Assembly: GCA_946965045.2 (NCBI GenBank)
Contig: OX337230.1
Location: 3,348,001 to 3,412,000 of the forward strand
Source: Epithemia pelagica
Lineage: Eukaryota; Protista; Bacillariophyta
DNA: 64,000 nucleotides
Direction of reading: 5' to 3'
The position numbers were made by a program, and so were the translations under genes. A model generated the notes under the pieces. That model made no database searches. It saw only the letters and a program-made list of their open reading frames with translations, and was not told the origin of the DNA. The stretch's first letter is position 1. Each line of letters opens with the position of its first letter. Below, piece after piece: positions 33,523 to 44,594 of this stretch.

Positions 33523-33699
33523 GCGTCTAAGCCACGCCGAATAAGACTCGTTGAGTAGTTGATTGGGTGCTATATCGAGAGTTGCAGAACTATCGACTGT
33601 TTTTGTTCTCTTGGTCTCCTGTGAATTTGTTTCATCATCTGGTTTATTCGCGATGTCTTGTTTTCGTTTTCGGCCCTTGTTGAACCGTTCGTCACTTAA

Positions 33700-36639
33700 T
33701 CATTCCGTTGCTTTTGCCTTCTTTGAGGGCAGACGCGACTGCATATTTTTCACCTGGCTCTCAATGGCGTCCACCTTCCTCTTGGCCTGTTGCGCGTCTG
33801 CGAGAGCTTTCTTGACGTCGTCCAGAATGGGTGTCACGTCGTCGTGATAGCTAACCACGTCCAAAAGGAAGTGAGTTAGCATCGGGCCCACCTTCGGGTG
33901 GTTCTTGAAATTATGTTCCAAGAAGTCTTTCTGAATGCGATGGGATTGAAGTACTGCCCACAGTAATTCCGGTGCTCTTTCCGCAGACGTCGCTTGCGTG
34001 ATAGTGATCTCACTGCACGCTCTTCGAGGTTGACTGAGCACCTCAAACACGATCCTGGTAATGTTTTGAACGAGGTCCCAGCGTCTCTCCTCCGAGAGGT
34101 TGGTGTCCGCGCCGTAATCCTCAACTTGATCCTTCATGTAAATAAAGAGTGTATCAAGGAAACGACGCAACTCAGCAACCAGACATCTAGCGAGCAGTTT
34201 CCCGTCTGGTGACATTGTGGACTTGCTGATCTCAGCTAGATGAGCAGGGTATCGCTCCGCCAATAAACTGCGGATGCCGTTTGCTGCTCCCGAATCCCTT
34301 GATCCCGACCCTTTGAACTTGGTGTATGTCTCCATTTTCGGAAGTTTTCGAGGGTGGCTTCTTGCTTGCTCTGGAGTTCCCACAAGAGCGGTAGGAGCGG
34401 CCAACTGAAACGAGTAAGCCACCTTCTGATCCCCAGGCGACTCCATATTAGACTTGTTTCCTTCATATTGGACCTTCATGTTCTCAGAGAAACTTTGAGT
34501 GGTAGAGGTCGTCCTTTCCATCATACCGATCGGATCCGTGCACTTCAAGATGTAGGGTGCCATGCCATTCGCCGACACGAACGCTGCCACTTGAGACAGC
34601 GACGCGAATTTGAAGCCTTCTATCTCAACGGTCTGATTCTCAGACCGGGCTTCCAAATCAGTAAGTCGAATATGGTTTTCCTGCCCGTCCGCTTCCAGCT
34701 TGCTTATCAACTTCTTGAACTCCTCGATGTCTGCTCCAGAAAGGTTGAATACAGAGTTGCCGTTGGAATTTGAAGGTCCACCCGCCGCTTGCATGGCTGC
34801 TGCAGTCGTGTGTCTGATGTGTTGCTCGAACTGAGTTAAACCACCCTTGAGGAAAAACTTTTCGGCGAGATCCAAGGTTGGGGCCGACTTAGACAATTCC
34901 GTCCAGATAATTTGATTTGCTTGCTTGGTAATCAAAGCAACAATTTCCTTGCGCGACGATTGCAACGATTCTGTTTTGATCGTCTTAACTTGTTTATTTA
35001 ATGCATCCACGGATTCGTACATTCTCTGGAAGCTAGCTCCGTGTTTCGCTTGCGTTTCTCGAATAGCAGTCAACAGGTTCGGGTGAATCCTGGTTTCGTC
35101 GCCGTTCATCTCACCTGTGCTCTCAGGCTGACTGACAATAGCTTGCCACACAGTTGCCGACTTCACCCCTTCTGGAGGTGAACCAACTAGACCGCTGAGG
35201 ACATTCACTTTATCCACTAGTTTGTTGATCAGCCGCATCTGCTCTTGTTGCCGAACACGCAGAGTAGATACTTCTGCCGTTGTCGCACGATATAGCAGCA
35301 CCGCAGCTTGAGAGTTTGAACTGACCAACGCCTTGAACGACGAGTCATCCAGTTCAGTTGGGATTTCCTTAAGGCCGTGGATATCTTCGGACAACAGAGA
35401 CGGCACCTCGACCTGGTCCAATTGGAGGCGTCTCGCTGGAGTAAATGCAGCTTGAGTCGCTTGATGTTGAAGTTGTTGCAACGTTTTCAAACGCAGTGGA
35501 GTTCCCTCCAGCTTGGCTTTGTGCTCCGCTGCCCCCTTGCGTGTTTCCTTGAATTCAGGTTCCGAATCGTTGCCCTCATCCATTTCACCTTCTAACATAG
35601 AGAACACCGACGTCCATAACCACACCGGTTTCTGGGCTTGTAGCAATTCATTGATCTTGTTCGAAGGAAGGCGCTCCGCATCCAGGAATGGTTCCTGGAA
35701 AGCCAATCTCTGTCCTCTCGGCGGTCCTGGTACATCGATAAAGATACACTGCCGGAGTCCTTGATCCTTGAGAGTGTCGAGAAAAGATACTCCTTTCTTG
35801 TGCGATTTCTTCGTACACTGTACCTTGAGTGAGCGGCAAAACTTACCGGCCGCTCCCACTACTGCACCACAAAGCGAACTAGACGCAACATCAACGGACA
35901 CAAGCGCGACAGAATTCTCTAACTCGTACAAGATTGGCTCACCATTAGACGAAATCGGATTATCCGACTTCGGGTCCATCACTCCCTTCGGGATATCTCC
36001 CTCAGCGATTCCGGGTAACAACTGTGACGTGTCCGGGCGTAGGGTTTGCAAGTCGGAAGGGCCTCCTGTCGTAGGTTCTTTGCTACTAGAAGGGAAAGGC
36101 GTCTTGACCAAAGTCTTACGTTGCGGCACCTGCTGCTGCGACAGCGAGAAAGGCGGAAGAATGGATGTGTCTTCCATGGCTTGGTCCAGCTGCCATGCCG
36201 CCGACAACATGTCAGAATCAGTCACACCACCGTCCAACAAAAAGGTGTCGCGAGCGCCACCAGCAACGGTGCCAATACCATCAACACCAGAACCTGACAC
36301 GCCAGTCCCTTCCAGAAAACAATCTCCAAACGCACGAGAATGGCTCGGAATCGCTTCGAAATCATCTCCCCCCCCCCCCGTATCACCGAAGAGCGCCAAA
36401 CGCGACGCCGGAGCGGCAGCGAACGACACACCAGGAGCCGGCGCACGAGAATCCCGCAAAGTCGCTGCGTCCACCCCCAAGCCGATGCGGGAAAACGCGG
36501 ATGAAAGCAGACCCGAAGGACTGCCGACACCAAGCGCAGCGGGAGGAGGCTTGGCCTCCGGAGAGTCACGCCCGCCACGAGAGGCGGAACGCAAATCGCG
36601 GTACAAAGACGCACGGGCAGAGAAACCAGCAGACGACAT
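33700..36639 (-). CDS. Gag-like ORF1 of the retroelement
   Basis: Long ORF (988 aa from 36666, ATG at 36639) upstream of RT. Has a Cys/His cluster LCGAVVGAAGKFCRSLKVQCTKKSH and coiled-coil segments. Confidence 0.75.
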   Translation of the reverse strand: MSSAGFSARASLYRDLRSASRGGRDSPEAKPPPAALGVGSPSGLLSSAFSRIGLGVDAATLRDSRAPAPGVSFAAAPASRLALFGDTGGGGDDFEAIPSHSRAFGDCFLEGTGVSGSGVDGIGTVAGGARDTFLLDGGVTDSDMLSAAWQLDQAMEDTSILPPFSLSQQQVPQRKTLVKTPFPSSSKEPTTGGPSDLQTLRPDTSQLLPGIAEGDIPKGVMDPKSDNPISSNGEPILYELENSVALVSVDVASSSLCGAVVGAAGKFCRSLKVQCTKKSHKKGVSFLDTLKDQGLRQCIFIDVPGPPRGQRLAFQEPFLDAERLPSNKINELLQAQKPVWLWTSVFSMLEGEMDEGNDSEPEFKETRKGAAEHKAKLEGTPLRLKTLQQLQHQATQAAFTPARRLQLDQVEVPSLLSEDIHGLKEIPTELDDSSFKALVSSNSQAAVLLYRATTAEVSTLRVRQQEQMRLINKLVDKVNVLSGLVGSPPEGVKSATVWQAIVSQPESTGEMNGDETRIHPNLLTAIRETQAKHGASFQRMYESVDALNKQVKTIKTESLQSSRKEIVALITKQANQIIWTELSKSAPTLDLAEKFFLKGGLTQFEQHIRHTTAAAMQAAGGPSNSNGNSVFNLSGADIEEFKKLISKLEADGQENHIRLTDLEARSENQTVEIEGFKFASLSQVAAFVSANGMAPYILKCTDPIGMMERTTSTTQSFSENMKVQYEGNKSNMESPGDQKVAYSFQLAAPTALVGTPEQARSHPRKLPKMETYTKFKGSGSRDSGAANGIRSLLAERYPAHLAEISKSTMSPDGKLLARCLVAELRRFLDTLFIYMKDQVEDYGADTNLSEERRWDLVQNITRIVFEVLSQPRRACSEITITQATSAERAPELLWAVLQSHRIQKDFLEHNFKNHPKVGPMLTHFLLDVVSYHDDVTPILDDVKKALADAQQAKRKVDAIESQVKNMQSRLPSKKAKATE

Positions 36640-36665
36640 GGGGGCTTTGGCAGGACGCAACAACA

Positions 36666-36787
36666 AAAAACAAAGTCAGATCAACGCAAGAGAGATACTA
36701 AACCTGCAGGGAAAAGCACCTCAACCAAAAACAAAGTCAGATCAACGCAAGAGAGATACTAAACCTGCAGGGAAAAGCACCTCAACC
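36666..36787. repeat. Perfect 61-bp tandem duplication at the element 5' end
   Basis: aaaaacaaagtcagatcaacgcaagagagatactaaacctgcagggaaaagcacctcaacc occurs twice (36666, 36727). Confidence 0.92.
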
Positions 36788-36996
36788 AATAATCAACCTG
36801 ATAGACAGTGACCCAATTCAAGCTGACGCTCCCAACCACAAAGCTTGATCTGATATCTTATGAGTTCAAGCTGCGTGCGAATCTCTGTTGGGCTTGTCAG
36901 TTGAACTTGGAATCCTTGATAACTTCAGTCCGTCAACATTCTTGTCTGTCATTGCCGAATTAGCTTTGACACATTCATGTAGGATCATCAGACGTA

Positions 36997-37601
36997 AGGG
37001 CTGGGTAAGCCGATCCATGTTCGGCTAAGTAGGTTCAGTACAAAAGCTACGTAGCGTACATAAAATCCCATAGTACACGTATTACCTGAAATGGTAGGAA
37101 GTCCGAAAAAATGCAAAAACACTCCACGATGACGGCGAGATCCGTTGATGCCGCATGCATTTACCGATGCATCGCATCAACATCCTACTACTGTAAGTTG
37201 TTTGAGTTTGCTAGTATTACTGTGTTCTGCAGCTACAGAAGATTTGTCGCGTTGGATCAAAAGGTATACTCATTTTTCTGTGGTGATGTAATCCAAAAAC
37301 CTTCCTAACTCATTCATTTCTCAACGGTGACTCGACCGAATTGAAAGCATAGTCACTCTAGTAGTAAATAATCTTATTGTCAAAGCGGTCGAGTCAAGCT
37401 CTATTATTGAGGAAGTTATGGTCATGGGGGTGATGGCTTCCACCATTGTCGAGCGATGGTTTCCGGATTGCATTGTTTCTCGTGGCAGCAAGTTTTCGAT
37501 TTGTGACCATTCGCCCCACTTGTTACAGTGATGAAAATAGTACTACGTAGCTTAATGTACTGAGCCTACTTAGCCGAACATGGATCGGCTTACCCAGCCC
37601 T
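36997..37601. mobile_element. MITE copy 1 (605 bp, about 46-bp TIRs, TA flanks)
   Basis: TA|AGGGCTGGGTAAGCCGATCCATGTTCGGCTAAGTAGG...CCTACTTAGCCGAACATGGATCGGCTTACCCAGCCCT|TA; no long ORF. Confidence 0.88.
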
Positions 37602-37884
37602 TACTTGCCAGTGACGGCCTGGCGCGCCGGCGATAGGGTCTGCCTTTGGTGTCGTCTTTGAAAACATCAGCTTCATGCGTTCCATCCTCTTTTCACTGGT
37701 CCAAGTCATTCCAAGGAATATGGAATGATTTGGACCATTACGAAGAGAATGAACCGCAAGAAGTAGACAGATTAAGTGGGTTTCCCGGAGTATCGAACCG
37801 CGGATTGCGCTTCTTGTTGGGTGACAGTCCTGAGACAATCTGCGCATAGGTGCAATTGGAAATTGGAATTGACTCACATTTTAG

Positions 37885-38300
37885 TCAGTGAATCGGTCCA
37901 ATGTCCACTAGTTCCTTCCGTCGTGCTTCAGGGAGTGGTTTTGTAAATTAATCTACCAAATTGGTAGCGGTTCCTTCTTTGGCTACCCGCATGGTTCCCG
38001 CGGCCACTGCCTCTCGTGCCTGATGGTAACAGATACTCATGTGTTTCTTTTTCAGAGTTGATTCAGGGATCGAAGTATTCTTGAAGACTGATTCGTTGTC
38101 GCAAGAGACCTTTGTGGATCCTTCAACAGGTATCCCAAACATGCGAAGTTCATGGTGGAACAATCTCCGCTTGGGGTTCGCCTTCTGGTAGGCAAGCATG
38201 TTCCATAACTGTTCCAAATGACCAACTCTGGGCATGGCTAGATGAACTGACATCATGACAATCTCAAGGTGTTTATTGATCGCGCCTACTTCAACCACCT
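37885..38300 (-). mobile_element. Ty1/Copia relic (RT fragment joined to RNase H C-terminus)
   Basis: HLAMPRVGHLEQL (RT) and LRMFGIPVEG...CDNESV...TLKKKHMSICYH..REAVAAG...NLVD*FTKPLP (RNase H). Internal deletion and a stop codon. Confidence 0.8.
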
Positions 38301-38951
38301 AGCGAAGGATTGTCTCCACAATCACTCGTCGGAGGAAACAGGCCAGGATATGGACGATGGTGGTGCTTTGGAATGGTGGCAACATGATCAGTTTTACTTT
38401 GTCTATCGCGTCTGTCATACCACCTGAGTTTCTTCATTTGTGGTTGCCAGCATCTGTTACGGAAGGGATGCTTTATTATTCAATGGTCCTGCTCTATATA
38501 ATCCAGTATCGCTGGCATTTGGGCGTTTCCTAGGTCCCCGCAGTTAACCGGCCTTGCCCTGTCTTTAGCCCTCTCCAGCCAGTGTCCACAGCGCTAGGAA
38601 TCGTAAGTACATTGCGTTTTGGTCGACAAGCTATAGCACTCCTCTTTTCGGACGAAGGTGTAATTGAATAGTAGCGCAATAAACAGGACGCATGGAAGCG
38701 CAAAATGGTTGAAGCGTTCCGTGGTCCACCTCTGTTGGAAAATTCGGATCTGTGTATCGGAGGGCAGGCATATCATGACCATCAAAAAGAAAGTACACAC
38801 TTCCCTCAGGTACATGGCCCTCAAAACTCCTTCCTGCGCTATCTCCTCCAGTTCCAACGAACTCGTCGCCAGGATCTTCGCTGGATATGATGTATACGGT
38901 TTCATGTATGCTCACAAAAAGTGAACTATATGTCTTTGTGGATCAACGAGT

Positions 38952-40700
38952 CTACACAAAGGAAACCAGTGCAGAGGTGTCTTTGTGGCTCGTGTTCGTT
39001 TCGTCTTCTTTTTCGGCATTGGTACGAACCAGTCTTCGCATGTACATGTGTTGGGTGGAGGACGAAGATGCCGCGGCTTGGGTTTTCGCTGTGGTAGCCC
39101 TTGAAGTCTCAGAATCACCCACATCCACCTTGGTCTTTTTCGGACCCATCCACAACACTGGAGCAATCAGTGTTCTCCACGTTCCAACCCCGCAGCTGCC
39201 ACTAATGACGCCTGGAGGACAACCACAAATCCTGCGACAACAGCGCGATAAACAGTACAGCATCATGAACAAAAGGGACAGGATGAATAGAATATAGGGC
39301 CATACCGCAAATCCTTCCGAGATCAACAAGTGTCCATTGCGTTGTTGTTGTTGTTGTGCTATCAACCACTCGGCCATGGCGGGTCCCGTTGCACTGTATC
39401 GTTCCAGTGTTTGCCACACCTCGGTGGCATTCTCGCACCATCGATTGCTGCAGGGCGGTGTCACTTCCATCACAAGGGAGAGTGTTCCAATGGAATGCAT
39501 CCAATCAATGGTGGATCCTCCAGCCGTGTATCGAATGGCTTGTTGGGCAGTGCCTACAATGTAGAAATGATCGCGATTCAAGGCACGTCCCACGGACTGG
39601 TAGAGTTGTTGATTGTGTGGGTGCATGCGTTCCAAGCGCCGTGTCGAGGCATAGGGATGAATGAGCAAGGGTGGAACTTGTCGTTGCCGACGCGAATGAA
39701 AACTTAAGGCGGCCGTCGGTGGTCCATGCTTCAAGACCACATGTCGAATGGCTCTCGATTCCGGTTCACTCCAGGGAAACCAGGCGCCTCCTCCTCCTCC
39801 TCCCGCACGCATCCAATCAAAATCACGGGGATGATTGCGATTCAAATCCACTCCACGATGTGTAATGGATGGACAGGGCTTCACTTGAGCCGGTGACCTT
39901 GATGGAACAGTAGCAAGGCCCAACCATGCCAGGGTGGTCCACCATCCATATCGACTGTCATTCAGGTTGGTACGCCGACAACCATATTGGTTTCGACTTG
40001 GTGTCTCAACATTGTTCGTTTCATGGTAGTCCAGATTGAGTTGATAGGCATCGACATTGACCAAGGGAAACACGATGAGTTCGATATTGTTCCTTGTCAA
40101 AGAACTGTTGTTGTTGGTGATTCGACGCACAGTTTCCAACAACGTCAGTAGCCCCATGGGTTCATTGCCATGGACCATGGACAGTAACAAGAAGGAAACC
40201 GTCGTCTTCTTCTTCTTGTGGAATGTGTGGCGCTGTCGTTTGGGCCAATGATAGACTTTCAAGGGACGATTTTCGTAGCTGTATCCCACAATTTCCGATT
40301 CCAAACCCAAATCCTGAACCAATATCGTATCCACTTGCGAAATGCTAGGTGCTGTGGTATTGAGAAGAAAATCATGATTGGGTCTATGGTGGTGCCTTTG
40401 GTAGACCAGAGCCGTGTCGGTAGCAAGGCTACGATGATGAGAGCGAGATGACACTGTCAACATGGACTTTGGAGAAACATAAGTTTGATCACGGAGGGTT
40501 GACGAAGCGTCCGCCATGGTGCAAGGGGTTTCTGTGCAAGGGACTTGCTGCTGTAGCGTCGTGGATTTGTTTAGGAGTAGCACTGTCGAATCACAAAGAT
40601 CCTCTCCTGCTTCATGCCAATGCGTCACTGAGCCAAGTCTCACGTTGAGCGATGCGTTCAACAACTGATCCTCGCTTTCTTCCTCCTCCACCGATATCAA
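38952..40700 (-). CDS. M14 zinc carboxypeptidase with a C-terminal hydrophobic segment
   Basis: Motifs SMVHGNEPMG (HxxE), GVDLNRNH, WSEPESRAI, LSFHS, AGGSTIDW and VMEV; hydrophobic WPYILFILSLLFMMLYCL. Start uncertain (first ATG about 40517). Confidence 0.85.
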   Translation of the reverse strand: MISVEEEESEDQLLNASLNVRLGSVTHWHEAGEDLCDSTVLLLNKSTTLQQQVPCTETPCTMADASSTLRDQTYVSPKSMLTVSSRSHHRSLATDTALVYQRHHHRPNHDFLLNTTAPSISQVDTILVQDLGLESEIVGYSYENRPLKVYHWPKRQRHTFHKKKKTTVSFLLLSMVHGNEPMGLLTLLETVRRITNNNSSLTRNNIELIVFPLVNVDAYQLNLDYHETNNVETPSRNQYGCRRTNLNDSRYGWWTTLAWLGLATVPSRSPAQVKPCPSITHRGVDLNRNHPRDFDWMRAGGGGGGAWFPWSEPESRAIRHVVLKHGPPTAALSFHSRRQRQVPPLLIHPYASTRRLERMHPHNQQLYQSVGRALNRDHFYIVGTAQQAIRYTAGGSTIDWMHSIGTLSLVMEVTPPCSNRWCENATEVWQTLERYSATGPAMAEWLIAQQQQQRNGHLLISEGFAVWPYILFILSLLFMMLYCLSRCCRRICGCPPGVISGSCGVGTWRTLIAPVLWMGPKKTKVDVGDSETSRATTAKTQAAASSSSTQHMYMRRLVRTNAEKEDETNTSHKDTSALVSFV

Positions 40701-41020
40701 AGAATCACCAATGAACTTTAGAACACAGAATCGCCGTCGGATTCTATATGTTTGCTCCGTTCATCACAGGACTTCCTCGTTGTTCGTCTGCCGACTCGCA
40801 AACGGAAGCAGCACAAAATGGCGCTGATCCCATTCCAGCTCCAGCCACAGAGCCATTTCCTTTGGGGGTCGCAGTCCATACATAGCTCCGGTAGCTCGTG
40901 TCGCTTGGTAGGAGTAAGGTTAGGAGTCTCGGCACATTCGAATCTATAGTCAATCAGTTTCCTAACTTTGTATTTCAAATGGAAGACAGATGAACAAATA
41001 TATCTCTAAAAACAGTTTTG

Positions 41021-41689
41021 CTATCCTGTATGTTTTCGGGAATATCTCTGGTTGACGACTAGGTGGCTATTCTTGAGCAACAACAAAAACCGACGAGAGT
41101 TCTCATGACGCATTACCGCTCTCTCATGGACCATGTTGATTGCAGTTTGAAACATGCTCACAACATTTTCACCGCTGGCTGCAGACGCTTCAAACATTTC
41201 ATCAAACCCATGATCCTTACAAAATTGAAGGGCTTTCTCTTTCGGAACCTCTCGTTGAGATTTTAGATCACTCTTGTTTCCAACCAATATCTTGACCACA
41301 TTTTCTTGAGGGACATGGTCTTGAAGTCGTGGCATCCATCGTTGCGATAGACTTTCAAATGACTTGAGATCCGTGATATTGTACACCAGAATGACACATT
41401 TTGCTTTTCGAAAATGCGTTGGAAGGAGTATACGAGGAAACCGCTCTCCTCCGGAGACATCCCATAGCTGCGCCCTGGCGGGTCCGGCCCACGGTGTATG
41501 CAAGGTGTGTGTGTCAAATTCCAATCCCACAGTCGCGCAACAATCATCTTTGTGAGGCTTGTCGGGTCTCACGAGCCGTGCCACCAAACAAGTTTTGCCG
41601 ACCTTGGAATCGCCTGCCATGACAATCTTGTAAATTGGCGGTTTGGGTGCTCGTTCTTCCTTGCTCTCAGATGTTGACATGGTTCTCAA
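41021..41689 (-). CDS. Divergent Rab-family small GTPase
   Basis: G1 GDSKVGKT, switch I TVGLEF, G3 WDVSGGERF, G4 GNKSD, G5 EASA. Confidence 0.85.
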   Translation of the reverse strand: MRTMSTSESKEERAPKPPIYKIVMAGDSKVGKTCLVARLVRPDKPHKDDCCATVGLEFDTHTLHTPWAGPARAQLWDVSGGERFPRILLPTHFRKAKCVILVYNITDLKSFESLSQRWMPRLQDHVPQENVVKILVGNKSDLKSQREVPKEKALQFCKDHGFDEMFEASAASGENVVSMFQTAINMVHERAVMRHENSRRFLLLLKNSHLVVNQRYSRKHTG

Positions 41690-41999
41690 TGGTCCTTCAC
41701 TTTCACTCGTCTATCACAAAAAATGACGATCATCATTGGATCTCTGATCCGCATCCCCGTACGATGGCAAGACGCTTCTACCCATTCAAACTTCACTTAG
41801 CACATACTCCTACTCCACTAGAGCACGAAGGAAAGTCTTCGAGTTTGTCGATGTGGGACACCAAGAGACGCAAGGACCTTCTGGATCTACAACAAGAGAA
41901 GGAATCGGCAAGACACGCACACCAAATGTCTATGGCGGTATAATTTGGGCTGAAATTACACGTTCCACCTTCCACCTTCCGAAGCTGACTAGCTGTTGT

Positions 42000-43184
42000 C
42001 TAGGGATCGCTGTTGGGTGTTTTGACCAAAACAAAGAGTCCCCCTGGACTATTTTGCCGAATAATAAGAATTTCATCATCCAAATAGGTAACATCAAAGT
42101 AACCAGGTCGATTGTTCGGGTCTTTGTTGCCCACCACAGCACTAAGCACTTGATCACTCAATCGGGGCAAATTGACACTAAACGGTGGTAATGTATCTTG
42201 TACCGACTGTCCAAAAAGTTCGACTGGTTGCAACTGGACCTTTTCAAAGTCCAATCCAATACGCAAGGGAAGATTGGGCCGTGAGGAGGCTCGTGTCGTG
42301 ACTTTGGCTCGGAGCAAATTGGACATTGTCATGGACGGAGGGAGTAAGGCTTGTGGACGGGGAAGAAAGTCAATGATATTGGTCACAATGGGTGGAGTAA
42401 ACACTTGATAAATGGCACCGACCGTCACCAAGGGCGAAGCGCCCAATACCAAGACATCTTGTGCCGTTGTCCAAATCATGCGCCAACTTCCAGCCAAGGG
42501 CGATACGAAAATCTCCTCACCCGTTTCGGCATCGCGTGTTTTGGCACCATCGTCAATCCCCATGGATACGTCCGTGACTTGACTCAAGGTCTCCAATTCC
42601 ATAATTACATCATTGACTTGTCTCCTTGCTATGGGACTGGCACCGTAGCCTCGATCATACGATGCTCCATACTGCAACAAGGACCTCTTGAGATCATTTC
42701 GTCTTTGTTGGTTTTTCGTTTCTGAATTTTTGCTGCTTTCGTCCTCTGCATCTGGTACAGGGCTGGAAAGATCATTGGTCGTCAAGTCGTCCGTGTCAGA
42801 GCCTTCTATTGTGAGTGGTTCCTCTTCTGCAGTCTGCTCATCTTGGTCCGAATCATTCTTTTCCACCACCTCGTCGTCTATGCTGCTCGAAACATTGGAT
42901 GATGGAGTTTTTGTTGTTGGTGGTGGTGCCGTTTCATCGTTCACTTCGTCTTCCTCGTTATCCTTGTCATTGGTTGGCGAGGCATACAGTGTATGACGAG
43001 ACACTGCAAATGGCTTTGACCAGGCAACGGCGTTTGCCCTGAAGCCAATTCTATTGGATGCCAAGGAGACGCTATTGAATGCGTTTCCATGATACAAGAA
43101 GCTGCAAAAGAACAACACGAGCCAAATGTTCCACATGTTTCGATCGGTTGTCGTTGCTGGGATTGTCGTAGTCCCCGACGCCAT
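42000..43184 (-). CDS. Plastid lipid-associated protein (PAP/fibrillin) with bipartite targeting peptide
   Basis: Signal MWNIWLVLFFCSFLYHGNA-F (ATG 43136). Motifs DRGYGAS...VIMELE, LAGSWRMIWTT, IYQVF and GYFDVTYLDDEILIIR. Confidence 0.88.
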   Translation of the reverse strand: MASGTTTIPATTTDRNMWNIWLVLFFCSFLYHGNAFNSVSLASNRIGFRANAVAWSKPFAVSRHTLYASPTNDKDNEEDEVNDETAPPPTTKTPSSNVSSSIDDEVVEKNDSDQDEQTAEEEPLTIEGSDTDDLTTNDLSSPVPDAEDESSKNSETKNQQRRNDLKRSLLQYGASYDRGYGASPIARRQVNDVIMELETLSQVTDVSMGIDDGAKTRDAETGEEIFVSPLAGSWRMIWTTAQDVLVLGASPLVTVGAIYQVFTPPIVTNIIDFLPRPQALLPPSMTMSNLLRAKVTTRASSRPNLPLRIGLDFEKVQLQPVELFGQSVQDTLPPFSVNLPRLSDQVLSAVVGNKDPNNRPGYFDVTYLDDEILIIRQNSPGGLFVLVKTPNSDP

Positions 43185-43517
43185 GGTCGAGGAAGAATTT
43201 TTAGAATCTTCATGACGTCAACAACCAACGCGAACATCAACCGGGGAAAGTACCGGATCCCGGAAAAACCACCGTCGATATGAACGAATTTGGGTCGCGC
43301 ATGACATGTGAAGACGGTTCAGCGACCGCGTTCGGAACATCGACGAAGATACCATGTGATCCAACGACCATGGTGGTATCTTGCTCAAGACAAGAACTCC
43401 AACCGCAATGAACCTTGCCCTGTCGAGATTCTAATCTCATAACTCAAGTGATTGGTTACTGTAAAGTTTCCAGCAAAATCGAACAACAGCAAGCTCGACA
43501 AATCAGAACTATAGACT

Positions 43518-44594
43518 ATGCGATACCCTTCCCTCTTTGTCAATCATGGTGCCGGTCCATTTCCCTTATTAGGTCGGCAACCTCATTTGGTACACCACAT
43601 GAAGGAAACTGTAACAAAATGGTTGCCCTCCGAACCTCCCAAATCGATTGTGGTAATATCGGCTCATTGGGAAAGCGATCCGATTGAAATTACATCGTCG
43701 CCCCATCCCTCCATGTACTATGACTATTACGGCTTTCCTCCCGAAACCTATGAGGTGCAGTATCCCGCACCGGGAGAGGTGGATTTGGCCCATTAAATTC
43801 AACAACTCCTGCACGACAAGGCAGGTTTGGAATCCAAATTGAACCCAGATCGAGGGTTTGATCATGGAGTGTTCATTCCCCTCATGATTATGTACCCCGA
43901 GGCCCAGATACCAGTAGTCTGTGTCTCCTTACATTCCTCCATGTCCACCGAGATTCATTGGAAACTAGGTCGGGCCTTGAGTTCCTTGCGAGACGAGGGT
44001 GTCTTGATATTAGGGTCAGGTAAGTCCGAGCCTTGTTGTATGTGTTTATGTAGTGCGGCAAAGCTTCGAACCAAAACTCATCCATACGCCGTTACGACAG
44101 GGTATGCCTTTCACAACTTGAAGCATTTTTATCATCCCACCAAAGAGAGTTTGCAATACAGTGAAGACTTTAACAATTGGCTCAAACAAACGTTGCTCAT
44201 ACAAGAGGAGGATAGCACGAAAACGACCAATGACGATTCCAAAACAACTTCACCAACACGGTCCCTGGCACAACTCAAGGCCAACATTCTGAAATGGGAT
44301 CAAGTACCAGGAGTTCGTACGGTACATCCACGAGAAGAACATTTGTTACCTCTCTTTGTGGCTGCCGCGGCGGGATGTCGAGACGACGACGACCAAACGA
44401 CAAATAATGGCGACGACACTTGTGACCAAGATAAGGGACTACCTCCCCAAACCACCTTGATTTATGATTCTTCCACCATGAACCAAACAACAGCAGACAA
44501 GCAACCAAAAGCGAAACTGGAACAAGCAGCAAGTCAGAGGAGATTGTGGAACATTCCATATCCGGTTACATGTTTGAGTGATCCAGCATCATAA
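43518..44594 (+). pseudogene. LigB/YgiD/DODA-type extradiol dioxygenase with one in-frame TAA (43794-43796); intron 44020-44100
   Basis: Motifs SLFVNHGAGP, IVVISAHWE, YYDYYGFPPETYEVQYPAPG, then LAH*IQQLL in frame, RGFDHGVFIPL, GVLILGSG|YAFHN and HPREEHLLPL. Confidence 0.85.

Larger units (their letters stand above)
28120..36787 (-). mobile_element. Tyrosine-recombinase (DIRS-like) retrotransposon, near full length; boundaries approximate
   Basis: Co-oriented gag-like ORF, RT/RNase H/MT ORF and overlapping tyrosine recombinase ORF. No DDE integrase and no LTR pair. Confidence 0.88.

Noticed and set aside
35768-36811. 347-aa + strand ORF opposite gag
   Set aside because: Antisense shadow of a GC-rich coding region with no recognisable domain.
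36994-37603. PIF/Harbinger assignment of the MITEs (TAA/TTA flanks)
   Set aside because: The left TAA and right TTA are not direct repeats in either copy. Treating A/T as the TIR end gives a true TA duplication in both.
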